From Raja brachyura (lineage: Eukaryota), in the NCBI GenBank assembly GCA_963514005.1, contig OY740796.1:20212001-20276000 (forward strand): 64,000 bases of DNA, written 5' to 3'. Position numbers and translations under genes: made by a program. Each line of letters begins with the position of its first letter. The first letter of the stretch is position 1. The notes below the pieces were generated by a model that searched no databases, was not told where the DNA came from, and saw only the letters and a list, made by a program, of their open reading frames with translations. Of the stretch, positions 63,444 to 64,000 are shown in pieces.

Positions 63444-63978
63444 TATACCCAGGTCTCTGGCACCATGGGGCAGCAACTCCACTGCTATGCCACCTATAGA
63501 TGTATTGATTTAAAACATTATGTGGTCCCAATTGAGGATTGAATTTAAAGAAAACACTTTAACTTCAAACTAAGTTAATGGCCAAAATGAGCAGCAGGAA
63601 CTCTAAAAATACTGACAGAAACCAGAAGTAACTGATGAACAAAGTGCAGAATGACTGAGTCTTTCCAAAGCAAAAGGAATCTTGTTTTCATTTAATATCT
63701 CATACCTGAAAGTAAGTTCAGCTATTTGGAAAATCTCAGTTATAAATCAAGTCTTGCCGCTGTGGTGCCAAAACAAATGCCTTAACCAGCTGGCTGTGTA
63801 GAAATTTCCAAAGGCACATGGTCCTGCTAAATTTGAAACGGCATTCTGCACAGCAACCCATTTGAGCTACAGATAGAAGAACGCTTGCAACATCTGAAAT
63901 TTGCTGGCCAGCTTGAGGAAGAATCACTGCCAAGCCTCTCTCTCTCTCTCTAGGTAAACAGATCAAGTCTTAACTCAC

Positions 63979-64000
63979 CTACTCCAATGCCATCTTTCAC
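63979..64000 (-). CDS. ARIH2: ARIH2 exon, partial at window edge (end of RING1 region: VKDGIGVG)
   Basis: Minus strand GTG AAA GAT GGC ATT GGA GTA G|gtgagt. Matches ARIH2 VKDGVGVG; phase 1 fits the next exon. Confidence 0.85.

Overview
Vertebrate genomic DNA, most likely a cartilaginous fish (skate/ray), judged from HE1-type V-SINEs and CR1/HER1-type LINE tails. Two spliced protein-coding genes lie on the minus strand. (1) The 3' part of ARIH2 (TRIAD1, RBR E3 ligase): 11 coding exons between 64000 and the stop at 26823, all with GT/AG boundaries and consistent phases, plus a ~1.9 kb repeat-free 3' UTR. (2) The 5' part of CISH: exon 1 ATG at 11602 and exon 2 at 297-56, with a promoter holding two tandem pairs of STAT5 GAS sites. 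The rest is mostly transposable elements: a near-intact, young 5.4 kb DIRS1-type tyrosine-recombinase retrotransposon in an ARIH2 intron, two decayed Tc1 copies, Harbinger/hAT/other MITEs, nested LINEs, many SINEs, about two dozen fold-back elements or half-elements carrying Penelope-type minimal hammerhead-ribozyme motifs, and a 1.3 kb polypurine satellite. The top leads are (a) an apparent frameshift-plus-splicing expression scheme in the DIRS element (slippery UUUUUUA into pol; a phase-matched intron that removes pol and joins onto the recombinase) and (b) the hammerhead-bearing fold-back family. Most entries in the ORF track are spurious.
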